Origin: Candidatus Dormiibacterota bacterium
GTDB taxonomy: Bacteria > Chloroflexota > Dormibacteria > Dormibacterales > Dormibacteraceae
Reading direction: 5' to 3'
DNA: 64,000 nt
NCBI GenBank assembly: GCA_035689485.1
Contig: DASSLL010000067.1
Location: forward strand, 4,472-68,471
In this document: in pieces, positions 45,768 to 54,584 of the stretch
How the letters are laid out: each line of letters starts with the position of its first letter
Position numbering within the stretch: position 1 is the first letter of the stretch
Translations under genes and position numbers: made by a program
The notes under the pieces: generated by a model
What the model was told of the DNA's origin: nothing
Databases searched by the model: none
What the model saw: only the letters and a program-made list of their open reading frames with translations

Positions 45768-46894
45768 GCGACCTTCACCTCGGACTTCGACAGACCGAGA
45801 GCGGTGGCGATCCCGGTGGCGCGCTCGCGGATGCTCGCGACGACCGACGGTCGCAGCCGCCGGAACGGCTCGACCGCGAGTCGCAGGCGGCCCCCGGCGA
45901 CGGCATGCGTCCAGGTGGCAGCGACCTTGCCCTCGACCAGGACCACGGCGCTGATCCAGCCCGCGGTGCGGCTGACCCTCGCCCCATGGTCGCGCCCGAC
46001 CATGTGGTCGCGGTTGGCGTGGCCCATGAGGTAGGGGTCGAAGAGCGGCAGCAGCTGCACAGGTTCGCCGATGCGTGCTTGCCGGACCGCGGGCAGGTCG
46101 GCGGCGAGGAGGTCGGCGCGGGTGCCTTCGACAGAGACCCGCACGATCTCTCCCTCCAGGCCTTTCCACGCCGCGTTCGCCACGCCCGGCCATGCCCCCC
46201 ACCAGCGCGCGAAGTCGGTCTTGGTCGCGGGGCCGTAGGCGCGCAGGTAGCGGCGAGCCATCTCGACGATCGCCACCTCGGGGTCGACGGCGTGCCATCT
46301 GGGCAGCCACGATTGCGGGCGGACGAACGTCACGGTCTGGCCCCGATTCGGGCCGAAGCACAGCAAGCCGTTGCGGGCGGCCGGCTTGAGCATGCCGCCC
46401 CATCCCGACCTGAGCATCTGGAGGATGCGCTCGGACCGGCCGCGGCCGACGCTCGCTATGAGCTGCTCGCGGGTGAGCGGCGTGCCGTCGAGCGCCGCTC
46501 CGATCTCGTCACAGATGGCCCAGAACTCCGACTCCGAGACCTGCATGTACTTGAGCCATGACGGGCGCAGCTGGCTCACCCAGTGGCGTCCCATGGCGCC
46601 GACGTAAACCGGCAGGTCCTCGGATCGCGCGAGGTGCAGGGTGCCGCGCATGAGCCACGTCTTGACGAGCGTGCGTTCCTGCCACAGAGCGGCGCGCACG
46701 TCGGCCACGGTGCACCGGGCCCGGACCGCGATTTGAAGCTCGGCCGCGGACATGACCTGAGCCTGGGCTCCGCCGATGTCGCCGACGACGGTGGCGAGGT
46801 CTTTCCTGGACGCGCGGCCGTCGAGGTGGTGGCGCAGCAGCCGGAAGGCGTGGACCTGAGGCCACGTGAGCTCGACCGGGCCGGCGGTGGCCAT
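45764..46894 (-). CDS. winged-helix DNA glycosylase-like protein (YcaQ/AlkZ, HTH_42 family)
   Basis: GDIGGAQAQV near the N-terminus, WLMRGTLH, LLPLFDPYL. The ATG shares one nt with the purA stop (TGATG). Confidence 0.7.
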   Translation of the reverse strand: MATAGPVELTWPQVHAFRLLRHHLDGRASRKDLATVVGDIGGAQAQVMSAAELQIAVRARCTVADVRAALWQERTLVKTWLMRGTLHLARSEDLPVYVGAMGRHWVSQLRPSWLKYMQVSESEFWAICDEIGAALDGTPLTREQLIASVGRGRSERILQMLRSGWGGMLKPAARNGLLCFGPNRGQTVTFVRPQSWLPRWHAVDPEVAIVEMARRYLRAYGPATKTDFARWWGAWPGVANAAWKGLEGEIVRVSVEGTRADLLAADLPAVRQARIGEPVQLLPLFDPYLMGHANRDHMVGRDHGARVSRTAGWISAVVLVEGKVAATWTHAVAGGRLRLAVEPFRRLRPSVVASIRERATGIATALGLSKSEVKVA

Positions 46895-48183
46895 CAGTCG
46901 AAAGGCTGGCGGCCGCGAGTGACGAACTGGTCGCGCCGCGGTCCTGTGCCGACGAGCTGGATCGGGGCGCCGATCAGCGCGCCCACCCGCTCGACGTAGT
47001 CGCGGCACGCGGGCGGTAGGTCGTCCCAGCATCTCGCCTCGCCGATCTCGGCTTCCCAGCCCGGCATCTCCTCGTAGACGGGCTGGCAGTGCTTGTAGTG
47101 CGAGATGTTGGCGATGGGGTGGTCGTACCGCTGTCCGCGGAACTCGTAGCCCGTGCAGATCTTGAGCAGCGGCTGGTCGTCGAGGATGTCGAGTCGCATC
47201 AGGGCGGCGAGGCCGACTCCGTTGACCTTGACGGAGTAGCGCGCGACCGCGGCGTCGAACCAGCCGATCCGTCTCGGGCGCCCGGTCACCGTGCCGAACT
47301 CATGGCCACGCTCCCTGATCTGGTCCCCCACCTCGTTGGTGAGCTCAGACGGAAACGGGCCGTAACCGACGCGGCTCGTGTACGCCTTGAAGACACCGAT
47401 GGTCAGGTCGACCTTCGTCGGTGGGATGCCGCTGCCGGTCAACGCGCCACCGGCGGTCGGGTTGGAGCTCGTGACGTACGGGTAGGTGCCGAAGTCGAGG
47501 TCGAGCATGGTCGCCTGCGCGCCTTCGAGCAGGATGTTCTTGTGGCCCTCCAGGGCCGCCTGAATGATCGGGAAGGTGTCCTTGATGTAGGGATCCAGCT
47601 CTTTGGCGTACCGCATGTACTCGTCGAGCATCGTTTCCCATGCGTAGGCGGGCTTGTCGTACAGCTTCTCGAGGATCGGGTTCTTGACCTGGTCGACGAC
47701 GAAGGCGAGCTTCTTGCGCATGAAGCCTTCCTTCTGCAGGTCGCCGATCCGAAAGCCGATCCTTCTGATCTTGTCGGCGTAAGCGGGACCGATGCCGCGC
47801 CAGGTGGTGCCGAGGCGGTCGTCGCCTCTGACCTCTTCCTCGAGCTGGTCGAAGAGCGGGTGGTAGCTCATGACCATGTGCGCCCGCTCGCTGACGATGA
47901 GGTTGCTCGGCTCGATCCCCCGCTCCCTGAGCTGGCTGATCTCTTTGAGCAGGACGATGGGATCGACGACGACGCCGTTGCCGATGATGCACTGGCATTG
48001 GGGATAGAGGATGCCGCTCGGCATGAGCTGGAACTTGAACTCGCCGTGCTCCGTGATCACGGTGTGGCCGGCGTTGTTGCCACCCTGCGAGCGGATGACC
48101 ATGTCGGCCTTGGCCGCAAGGTAGTCGATGACCTTGCCCTTGCCCTCGTCGCCCCACTGGCCGCCGACCAGGATGATGACCAT
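46894..48183 (-). CDS. purA: adenylosuccinate synthase
   Basis: GGQWGDEGKGK, GGNNAGHT, and the pattern holds over the full length. Confidence 0.95.
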   Translation of the reverse strand: MVIILVGGQWGDEGKGKVIDYLAAKADMVIRSQGGNNAGHTVITEHGEFKFQLMPSGILYPQCQCIIGNGVVVDPIVLLKEISQLRERGIEPSNLIVSERAHMVMSYHPLFDQLEEEVRGDDRLGTTWRGIGPAYADKIRRIGFRIGDLQKEGFMRKKLAFVVDQVKNPILEKLYDKPAYAWETMLDEYMRYAKELDPYIKDTFPIIQAALEGHKNILLEGAQATMLDLDFGTYPYVTSSNPTAGGALTGSGIPPTKVDLTIGVFKAYTSRVGYGPFPSELTNEVGDQIRERGHEFGTVTGRPRRIGWFDAAVARYSVKVNGVGLAALMRLDILDDQPLLKICTGYEFRGQRYDHPIANISHYKHCQPVYEEMPGWEAEIGEARCWDDLPPACRDYVERVGALIGAPIQLVGTGPRRDQFVTRGRQPFD

Positions 48184-48209
48184 GGATTTGCCGCCGCTTA
48201 TCTTGCGGC

Positions 48210-49571
48210 TTACTCGGCTCCGGGCTCGGGTCGCCTCGTCTCCAGGTTGTAGAACCGGGTGTGGTCGCGGCGGAATTTGAGCTCGATCGTGCCGGTCGGG
48301 CCGTTGCGGTGCTTGGCGACGATGACCTCGGCGATGCCGGGCTTCTCTTCGGCTTTGTAGTACTCCGGACGGAACAGGAACATGACGACGTCGGCGTCCT
48401 GCTCGATTGATCCGCTTTCGCGAAGGTCGCTCAGGATTGGACGCTTGTCCGGCCGCTGCTCAGGCGCCCGGCTGAGCTGAGACAGCGCGATCACGGGAAT
48501 CCGCAGCTCGCGAGCCAGTCCCTTGAGCGCGCGCGAGATGGCGGAGACCTCCTGGACCCTGTTGTCGTCACCATGCGCTCGCCCATGCATCAGCTGGAGG
48601 TAGTCGATGAGGATCATGTCGACCTTGTGGCGCAGCTTGGCCTGCCGCGCCTTCAACTGCAGCGTCAGCTCGTCCATCACAGGAGTGTCATCGATGTAGA
48701 TGGCGGCCTCGCCAAGTGGGCCCAACGCGTTCGAGACTCGGTCGAACTCGGCCTCGGTCAGCAGTCCTCGATGCATCCGCTGCGCGTCGATCTGCGCCTG
48801 CTCCGTCAACAGACGCTCGGTCAACTGCTCCTTGGACATTTCGAGGCTGAAGATGGCGACCGACTTCCTGGACTCGAGCGCGGCGTGCAGACCGACGTTC
48901 AGCGCCAGACTGGTCTTCCCCATGGCCGGCCGGCCTGCAACGATGATCAGGTCGCTGTCCTTGAACCCGCCGGTGAGCCGATCGAGGTCGGCGAAGCCTG
49001 ACGGAATTCCGACCACGCCCTGCCCGCTCTCCATGAGGATCGAGATCCTTTCCATCGCAGGGCCGAGCAGGTCGTAGAGGCGTGCCAGCTCGCGCTGGTC
49101 ACGGTCGTCCGCCACGCCGAAGACCAGCGACTGCGCCTGGTTGATCGCGTCCTCCGCCTCGATCGAGTCGTCATACCCGTACCCGGCGATGTTTCCGCCG
49201 GCGGAGATCAGCCGCCGCTTGTACGCCTTCTCCTTGACGATCCGGCCGTAGTACTCGATGTTCGCCGCCGTCGGCACCGCGCTCTGCATCGACGCCAGCT
49301 GCGCGCGCCCGCCCACCCGCTCGAGCAGCCCCATCGTCTGCAGCTGCGACGCGAGCGTGACGTTGTCGATCGGCTCGCCCGCCGCGAAGAGGTCCAGCGC
49401 GGCGCGGTAGATCTGCCCGTTGTTCTCGCGATAGAAGTCCTCCGGATGCAGGAACTGGAGCACCTTGGCGATCGAGAGAGGATCGAGGAGGATCGATCCG
49501 ATGATCGAAATTTCCGCGTCGAGGTCGTGCGGTGGTACCCGCCCTGCGGCGAGTGAAAGCGTGGTCGCCAT
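48210..49571 (-). CDS. dnaB: replicative DNA helicase
   Basis: PPHDLDAEISIIGSILLD, Walker A GRPAMGKTS. Confidence 0.95.
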   Translation of the reverse strand: MATTLSLAAGRVPPHDLDAEISIIGSILLDPLSIAKVLQFLHPEDFYRENNGQIYRAALDLFAAGEPIDNVTLASQLQTMGLLERVGGRAQLASMQSAVPTAANIEYYGRIVKEKAYKRRLISAGGNIAGYGYDDSIEAEDAINQAQSLVFGVADDRDQRELARLYDLLGPAMERISILMESGQGVVGIPSGFADLDRLTGGFKDSDLIIVAGRPAMGKTSLALNVGLHAALESRKSVAIFSLEMSKEQLTERLLTEQAQIDAQRMHRGLLTEAEFDRVSNALGPLGEAAIYIDDTPVMDELTLQLKARQAKLRHKVDMILIDYLQLMHGRAHGDDNRVQEVSAISRALKGLARELRIPVIALSQLSRAPEQRPDKRPILSDLRESGSIEQDADVVMFLFRPEYYKAEEKPGIAEVIVAKHRNGPTGTIELKFRRDHTRFYNLETRRPEPGAE

Positions 49572-49581
49572 GCCGAGCTCT

Positions 49582-50031
49582 TTAGCGGTCCTGCGTGACG
49601 ATCACGTTGACGTGCGCATTCACGTCGCGGTGCAGCTTGAGCGAGACCTGGTGCTCTCCCAGCGCTTTGATCGGCTCTTTCAGGTCGATCTTGTGCCGGT
49701 CGATCTCCACGCGGTGCTGCGCCTTCAGCGCCGTGGCGATGTCCTGGTTGGTGATCGAGCCGAAAGCCTTGTCCTCGGCGCCTACCTTCAGGCGCACGAC
49801 GACGGTCTTGTTGTCGATCTCGTCCGCGACGGCCTGCGCTTCGTTGCGGTCTTTTGTCTCCCGCTTGACGGCCTGATCGCGCAGCCGCTTCGCCTCGGCC
49901 TCGGCTCCTTTGCCCGCCGCCACCGCCAGCTTGCGCCGGAGCAGGAAGTTCCGGCCGTATCCGTCCGCGACCTCCTTCACGTCCCCGGCGCGGCCGAGGT
50001 TGTCGACGTCCTTTGTCAGCAAGACCCGCAC
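49582..50031 (-). CDS. rplI: 50S ribosomal protein L9
   Basis: MRVLLTKDVDNLGRAGDVKEVADGYGRNFL. Confidence 0.92.
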   Translation of the reverse strand: MRVLLTKDVDNLGRAGDVKEVADGYGRNFLLRRKLAVAAGKGAEAEAKRLRDQAVKRETKDRNEAQAVADEIDNKTVVVRLKVGAEDKAFGSITNQDIATALKAQHRVEIDRHKIDLKEPIKALGEHQVSLKLHRDVNAHVNVIVTQDR

Positions 50032-50032
50032 T

Positions 50033-50470
50033 TCACACGACCTCCGACATGGATTGATACTCGTCTTGGCGGGCTCGCGAACGAACTCGGTCGACCAGAC
50101 GCCCCAGCCCGTGCCGGGCTATCGCAACAGTATCGCGGACGTCGCGGTCCCAGATCGACGTCCCTGCGTCGAGCGCGTGTTGGTGCTCTCGCCGGATGTC
50201 CTCGGGCGCGGCCTCGATGAAGGTCTCCACCGCGAGGATCGACAGCGCCAGCACGTCGAGCTCGCCGACCACCGGGATCCAGGCCGGCAGGTCCACGAGC
50301 GGGTTGACGATGACGCCGATGGCGGCCAGCAGCGCAAGCTTGGAACGACGCGAGATGCGCGGGTCACGCAGCAGGCAATAAGCCAGCTTGCCGTGTCTCG
50401 GCACATCGAGCAGAAGTGTTTTTGCCCGCGAAAGGATGCCTGGCATGGGGTGGGCCGCCAAAGAGTACAT
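50033..50470 (-). CDS. DUF1232 (YkvA-like) membrane protein
   Basis: PLVDLPAWIPVVGELDVLA motif. Confidence 0.6.
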   Translation of the reverse strand: MYSLAAHPMPGILSRAKTLLLDVPRHGKLAYCLLRDPRISRRSKLALLAAIGVIVNPLVDLPAWIPVVGELDVLALSILAVETFIEAAPEDIRREHQHALDAGTSIWDRDVRDTVAIARHGLGRLVDRVRSRARQDEYQSMSEVV

Positions 50471-50502
50471 GGTTCCAAGCCCCGCGGCTAGCTGATTAAC
50501 AG

Positions 50503-50508
50503 TAGCCT
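50503..50508 (+). promoter_or_regulatory. -10-like box 6 nt upstream of a GTG start (leaderless candidate)
   Basis: TAGCCT then TGCGCC then GTG 50515. Confidence 0.3.
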
Positions 50509-50514
50509 TGCGCC

Positions 50515-51786
50515 GTGGCGACGCTGACCGCCGTCCAGGGCAAAGTCGAGGATGGCTTCGGCAACCTCCGCCACGTCGCCCTGAGCCTTTTCTGGTTCGG
50601 CAGCTTCTTCCTGTGGCTCCCAGTGTCCTCGGTGCTCCTCCAGGACCGGGCGGATCACCTCATCCCGCAGCACGACCTCCAGAACACCGGCGTCGGAGTC
50701 GCCGCGGGCATCGGCGGCTTCCTCGCCGTGACCGTCCCGCCGATCGTCGGCGCCTGGTCCGACCGGCTCAACACGCGCTTCGGGCGACGGCGGCCGATCA
50801 TGGTCGTCGGCACCGTCCTGACCCTGCCCGGGCTCTTCCTGATGATCGCAGCGGGCAACTATCCCGAGCTGGTCATCGGGTACGCGATCATCCAGTTCTT
50901 CTTCAACGCCGCCGGCGCCGCCTACGCCGGCGTAGTGCCCGACGTCGTCCCCGCGCAGCAGTTCGGGAAGGCGAGCGGGTTCCTCGGCAGCATGACGCTC
51001 CTGGGCATCGCGGCCGGCAACGGCGCCACGTTCGCCCTGGGCGACGTTCCCCTCCTTTACGTCCTCATCGCCCTGGTTGTCGTCGTGTCCATCGTGCCCA
51101 CCCTGTGGGCGGCGCAGGGTGAGGGCGCGATCGCGCCGGTGCGCGTCGCTGCGGCACCGCTGGGAGATCGGGTGCGCGAATTCCTCCGCCCCCTGCACGA
51201 GGGCGACCTCGCGTGGGTCATCTTCACGCGCCTCATGGTCTCGGCCGGCATCTCGGTGATCCAGCTCAACCTCGTGAACTTCTTCCGTGACGTCGTCCTG
51301 GGTGGCAAGTCGTCGGTCCAGTTCACAGCCATCTGGCTGCTCGTCGTCACCGTCACCGCCCTACCTTTCGGTTTCTTCGGCGGCCAGCTCTCCGACAGGC
51401 TGCACCGCAGAAAGGTCTTCGTCTACACGGCTGGCGCCGCGCAGGGTCTGGTGGCCCTGGTCTTCGTCGTCTTCTACCCCACCGCGCAGCCCCTGGTGTT
51501 CGCGCTCGGCGTCGCCTACGGCGTCGGCTACGGCCTGTACTACGCGGTCGACTGGGCTCTGGCGTGCGACACGCTGCCCGACAAGACGCAGTCGGCGAAG
51601 GACATGGGACTCTTCCACGTCGCGCTGACGTTCCCGCAGGCGATCGTCCCGTTCTTCGCGGGTCCGCTGATCGACGCCATCAACGGCCCGCAGGGCAACG
51701 GTGGCTACCGCGTCGTCTTTTCGAGCGCGGTCGTCTTCATGGCCCTGGGCACGTTCTTCGTCAGCCGGATCAAAGCCGTCCGCTGA
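50515..51786 (+). CDS. MFS transporter
   Basis: 12 TM helices; GAWSDRLNTRFGRRRP loop motif. Confidence 0.8.
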   Translation: MATLTAVQGKVEDGFGNLRHVALSLFWFGSFFLWLPVSSVLLQDRADHLIPQHDLQNTGVGVAAGIGGFLAVTVPPIVGAWSDRLNTRFGRRRPIMVVGTVLTLPGLFLMIAAGNYPELVIGYAIIQFFFNAAGAAYAGVVPDVVPAQQFGKASGFLGSMTLLGIAAGNGATFALGDVPLLYVLIALVVVVSIVPTLWAAQGEGAIAPVRVAAAPLGDRVREFLRPLHEGDLAWVIFTRLMVSAGISVIQLNLVNFFRDVVLGGKSSVQFTAIWLLVVTVTALPFGFFGGQLSDRLHRRKVFVYTAGAAQGLVALVFVVFYPTAQPLVFALGVAYGVGYGLYYAVDWALACDTLPDKTQSAKDMGLFHVALTFPQAIVPFFAGPLIDAINGPQGNGGYRVVFSSAVVFMALGTFFVSRIKAVR

Positions 51787-51810
51787 CAACAGACGAGGTG
51801 AAACTGTAGG

Positions 51811-51843
51811 CCTCGCGGGGGAGGCCCGCCTCCCCTACAAAAA
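51811..51843. repeat. repeated GC-hairpin element, copy 2
   Basis: CCTCGCGGGGGAGGCCCGCCTCCCCTACAAAAA, 25 nt after the MFS stop. Same orientation as copy 1. Confidence 0.6.
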
Positions 51844-51880
51844 AAAGCGAGGCGGCGCCTGCAGCGGACACCGCCTCGAC
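51839..51880 (-). terminator. canonical intrinsic terminator on the minus strand (no annotated minus-strand gene upstream)
   Basis: The reverse strand reads CGAGGCGG-(15-nt loop)-CCGCCTCG-C-TTTTTTTT. Confidence 0.65.
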
Positions 51881-52037
51881 CGGGTGTCCACCGGGTGACA
51901 CGCTTCTGGTTCTCTGCGCCGCTTTACGGCCGTTGCCTACTTTTGGAGGCCAACCTTTGCGTGAACTGTCGATGGTCCCGGACGGAGAACGAATTGCCTC
52001 CAGCCTGCGACGATCGGTGGACAATGTCAAGGGGGTT

Positions 52038-53684
52038 ATGCAGATGCCTGAATTGAGCTACGTCCACGGTGCCAGCGCCCAACCTCTGCTCGGTGAGCCG
52101 ATCTTCACGAACCTCCGGCGAACGGCTGAACGTGTGGGCGACAGCGAGGCTCTCGTCGTGCCGCACCAGGGCTATCGCGCCACGTACAGCGAACTGATCG
52201 AGCAGTGCGAGCAGGTCGCTCGCGGCCTCATCGCCCGCGGCGTGAAGAAGGGCGATCGGGTTGGCATCTGGTCGCCGAACCGCTACGAGTGGGTGGTCGT
52301 GCAGTACGCCACCGCCGCGATGGGGGCGATCCTGGTCAACATCAACCCCGCGTACCGGACGCACGAGCTCGAGTACGCGCTGAACCAGTCGGGCATCAGC
52401 TTCCTCGTCCTTGCGGCCGGCTTTCGCCAGGCCGACTACCGGGCGATGCTCGCCGAGGTCAAAGGCCGGTGCGCCGGCCTCCGTGAGGCGGTCGTGCTCG
52501 AGGACGGATGGGACGCACTGCGGCGTGACGGTTCGACGGTCGAGCGCGGCCGGCTTCTCGAGGTCGAGGAGACGCTGCAGTTCGACGACCCGATCAACAT
52601 CCAGTACACGTCCGGCACAACCGGTTTCCCCAAGGGTGCGACCCTCACGCACCACAACATCCTCAACAACGGCTACTTCATCGGCGAGACGCTGAAGTAC
52701 GCGGAGAAGGACCGCGTCTGCATCCCCGTGCCCTTTTATCACTGCTTCGGCATGGTGCTGGGCAATCTTGCCTGCACCACGCACGGCGCGACGATGGTCG
52801 TGCCCGCGGAGGCGTTCGACCCCATCGCGACCATGCAGACCGTGCAGCAAGAGCGCTGCACCGCGCTCTACGGCGTGCCGACGATGTTCATCGCCGAGCT
52901 CGACCACCCGCGGTTCCAGGAGTTCGACCTCGGCTCGCTGCGCACGGGCATCATGGCCGGGTCGCCGTGTCCGGTCGAGGTCATGAAAAAGGTCACGACG
53001 AGCATGCACATGCCGGAGATGACGATCTGCTTCGGCATGACGGAGACCTCGCCCGTCTCGACGCAGAGCTCCACCGGGGACCCGCTGGAGCGCCGCGTGT
53101 CCACCGTCGGGCGCGTCCATCCGCACGTCGAGATCAAGATCGTCGACCCGGAGACGGGCGACGTCGTCCCCCGCGGCGAGAAGGGCGAGCTGTGCAGCCG
53201 GGGCTATCTCGTGATGCTCGGCTACTGGAACAACGAAGAGGCGACGCGGCAGGCCATCGACTCCGCGCGCTGGATGCACACAGGCGACCTGGCGACGATC
53301 GACGACGAGGGATACGTCAACATCGTCGGCCGGATCAAGGACATGATCATCCGCGGCGGCGAGAACGTGTACCCGCGCGAGGTCGAGGAGTTTCTGTACA
53401 CACACCCCGACGTCGCGGACGTTCAGGTCATCGGCGTGCCCTCGGAGAAGTACGGCGAAGAGATCATGGCGTGGATCAAGCTCCGCGAAGGTGCTTCGAT
53501 CGGCGGCGACGAGCTGGCGGCCTGGTGCAAAGGCAAGATCGCGAGCTACAAGATCCCCCGCCACTGGAAGTTCGTCGACGCCTTCCCCATGACCGTCACC
53601 GGCAAGGTGCAGAAGTTCAAGATGCGCGAGACCGCGGTCGAAGAGCTGGGACTGGAGAAGGCGGCCGGGGTGAAGACCGCCTAG
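52038..53684 (+). CDS. AMP-dependent acyl-CoA synthetase/ligase
   Basis: [12 protein letters not shown] (A3 motif), GEL...GY, TGDL, GRIKD. AAGGGGG SD precedes ATG 52038. Confidence 0.88.
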   Translation: MQMPELSYVHGASAQPLLGEPIFTNLRRTAERVGDSEALVVPHQGYRATYSELIEQCEQVARGLIARGVKKGDRVGIWSPNRYEWVVVQYATAAMGAILVNINPAYRTHELEYALNQSGISFLVLAAGFRQADYRAMLAEVKGRCAGLREAVVLEDGWDALRRDGSTVERGRLLEVEETLQFDDPINIQYTSGTTGFPKGATLTHHNILNNGYFIGETLKYAEKDRVCIPVPFYHCFGMVLGNLACTTHGATMVVPAEAFDPIATMQTVQQERCTALYGVPTMFIAELDHPRFQEFDLGSLRTGIMAGSPCPVEVMKKVTTSMHMPEMTICFGMTETSPVSTQSSTGDPLERRVSTVGRVHPHVEIKIVDPETGDVVPRGEKGELCSRGYLVMLGYWNNEEATRQAIDSARWMHTGDLATIDDEGYVNIVGRIKDMIIRGGENVYPREVEEFLYTHPDVADVQVIGVPSEKYGEEIMAWIKLREGASIGGDELAAWCKGKIASYKIPRHWKFVDAFPMTVTGKVQKFKMRETAVEELGLEKAAGVKTA

Positions 53685-53700
53685 CTTCCGCGAGAGCCCC

Positions 53701-53759
53701 CGATTGTCCGAACACTCTCAGGTTCCGGCGCGGCAAATGCCGCGATTGTCCGGACAATC
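53701..53759. promoter_or_regulatory. tandem palindromes (degenerate + perfect) 42 nt apart
   Basis: CGATTGTCCG occurs at 53701 and 53743. The second copy lies in the perfect 16-nt palindrome GATTGTCCGGACAATC (53744..53759). Hairpin CGCGGCAAATGCCGCG at 53729..53744. Confidence 0.4.
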
Positions 53760-53780
53760 ACGAGATTTCGCCGCGGCCCG

Positions 53781-54584
53781 TCAGCGCAGCGATTCGTACG
53801 GAAAAGCCCCGGCGAACGGCTCGTACAGCAGCAGCACCCTCTCGATGGGCAGGGCGTCGCGCATGAAGATGGCGCCGGCCGCGACGCCGGCGAAGCCGAC
53901 GATGCCGAGACCGTCATGGGGCGCCGCCTGCTCGGCGCTGTCCTGCATGGCGCGAAAGGACTGGGTGCGGCCGAACTGGTTCGCTGTCGAGATGACCTGC
54001 TTCCACGCGGCGGTGTAGTTGGCCGCCGGGTCGAGCGCCGTCTGCACCGCCAGGACGGGCACCGCGCCGGCGCCGGCCGTGGCGGTGGCCGGTCGGGCCG
54101 GCTGGCTCAAGGCCTTGGCCACCACCGACACCTCTGCCTCCACCTCGCCCTTGAGCGAGGGCAGGAGCCTCAGGAAGGCGGCGATCTGCTGGTCGATCGG
54201 TGGCGCCGGGCGGTACGTCGGCCCCGGCAGCACCGTCGCGAACGGCCGGTACACCGCCTCGAAGGCGGCCGGCTGCATCGCCTCCCGGACGAGGATGGCG
54301 AGCGCGACGACCTGCGCCGACTCCAGCGCGGCCGCGGACGCGGTGGCGTCGGGCAGCGAGCGGTCGATCGCCGTCTTCACCTGGGTGACGCGAAAGCCGC
54401 TCGTGAACGCGTTGACCATCGCCTGGTCCGCGCCCGAGAGCAGCCCGTCCAGCACCTCTTCGACCGCGGTCACGGACCGTCGCTGCCGGGCGACGATGCG
54501 CGCCGCGGCGATCCATTCCCACTGCGGCGGGCCCAGCGACTTGGCAGCGGCGGTCAGGAACTGACCGGCCTCGGTTGCGCTCAG
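53781..54584 (-). CDS. hypothetical protein
   Basis: Track ORF starts at GTG 54473. The frame stays open with G/C-rich third positions up to CTG 54584, which overlaps the glpX stop (CTGA). Confidence 0.55.
   Translation of the reverse strand: MSATEAGQFLTAAAKSLGPPQWEWIAAARIVARQRRSVTAVEEVLDGLLSGADQAMVNAFTSGFRVTQVKTAIDRSLPDATASAAALESAQVVALAILVREAMQPAAFEAVYRPFATVLPGPTYRPAPPIDQQIAAFLRLLPSLKGEVEAEVSVVAKALSQPARPATATAGAGAVPVLAVQTALDPAANYTAAWKQVISTANQFGRTQSFRAMQDSAEQAAPHDGLGIVGFAGVAAGAIFMRDALPIERVLLLYEPFAGAFPYESLR

Noticed and set aside
51881-52037. TTGACA on the minus strand (about 52022..52027) as the promoter for the candidate sRNA
   Set aside because: No acceptable -10 hexamer lies 16-19 nt downstream. 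The TTGACA is the reverse complement of the region next to the synthetase SD, so it is probably coincidental.
51924-53564. 546-aa minus-strand ORF opposite the acyl-CoA synthetase
   Set aside because: Shadow ORF. The plus-strand AMP-binding motifs are unambiguous. It also cannot explain the minus-strand terminator at 51839, because it reads through it.
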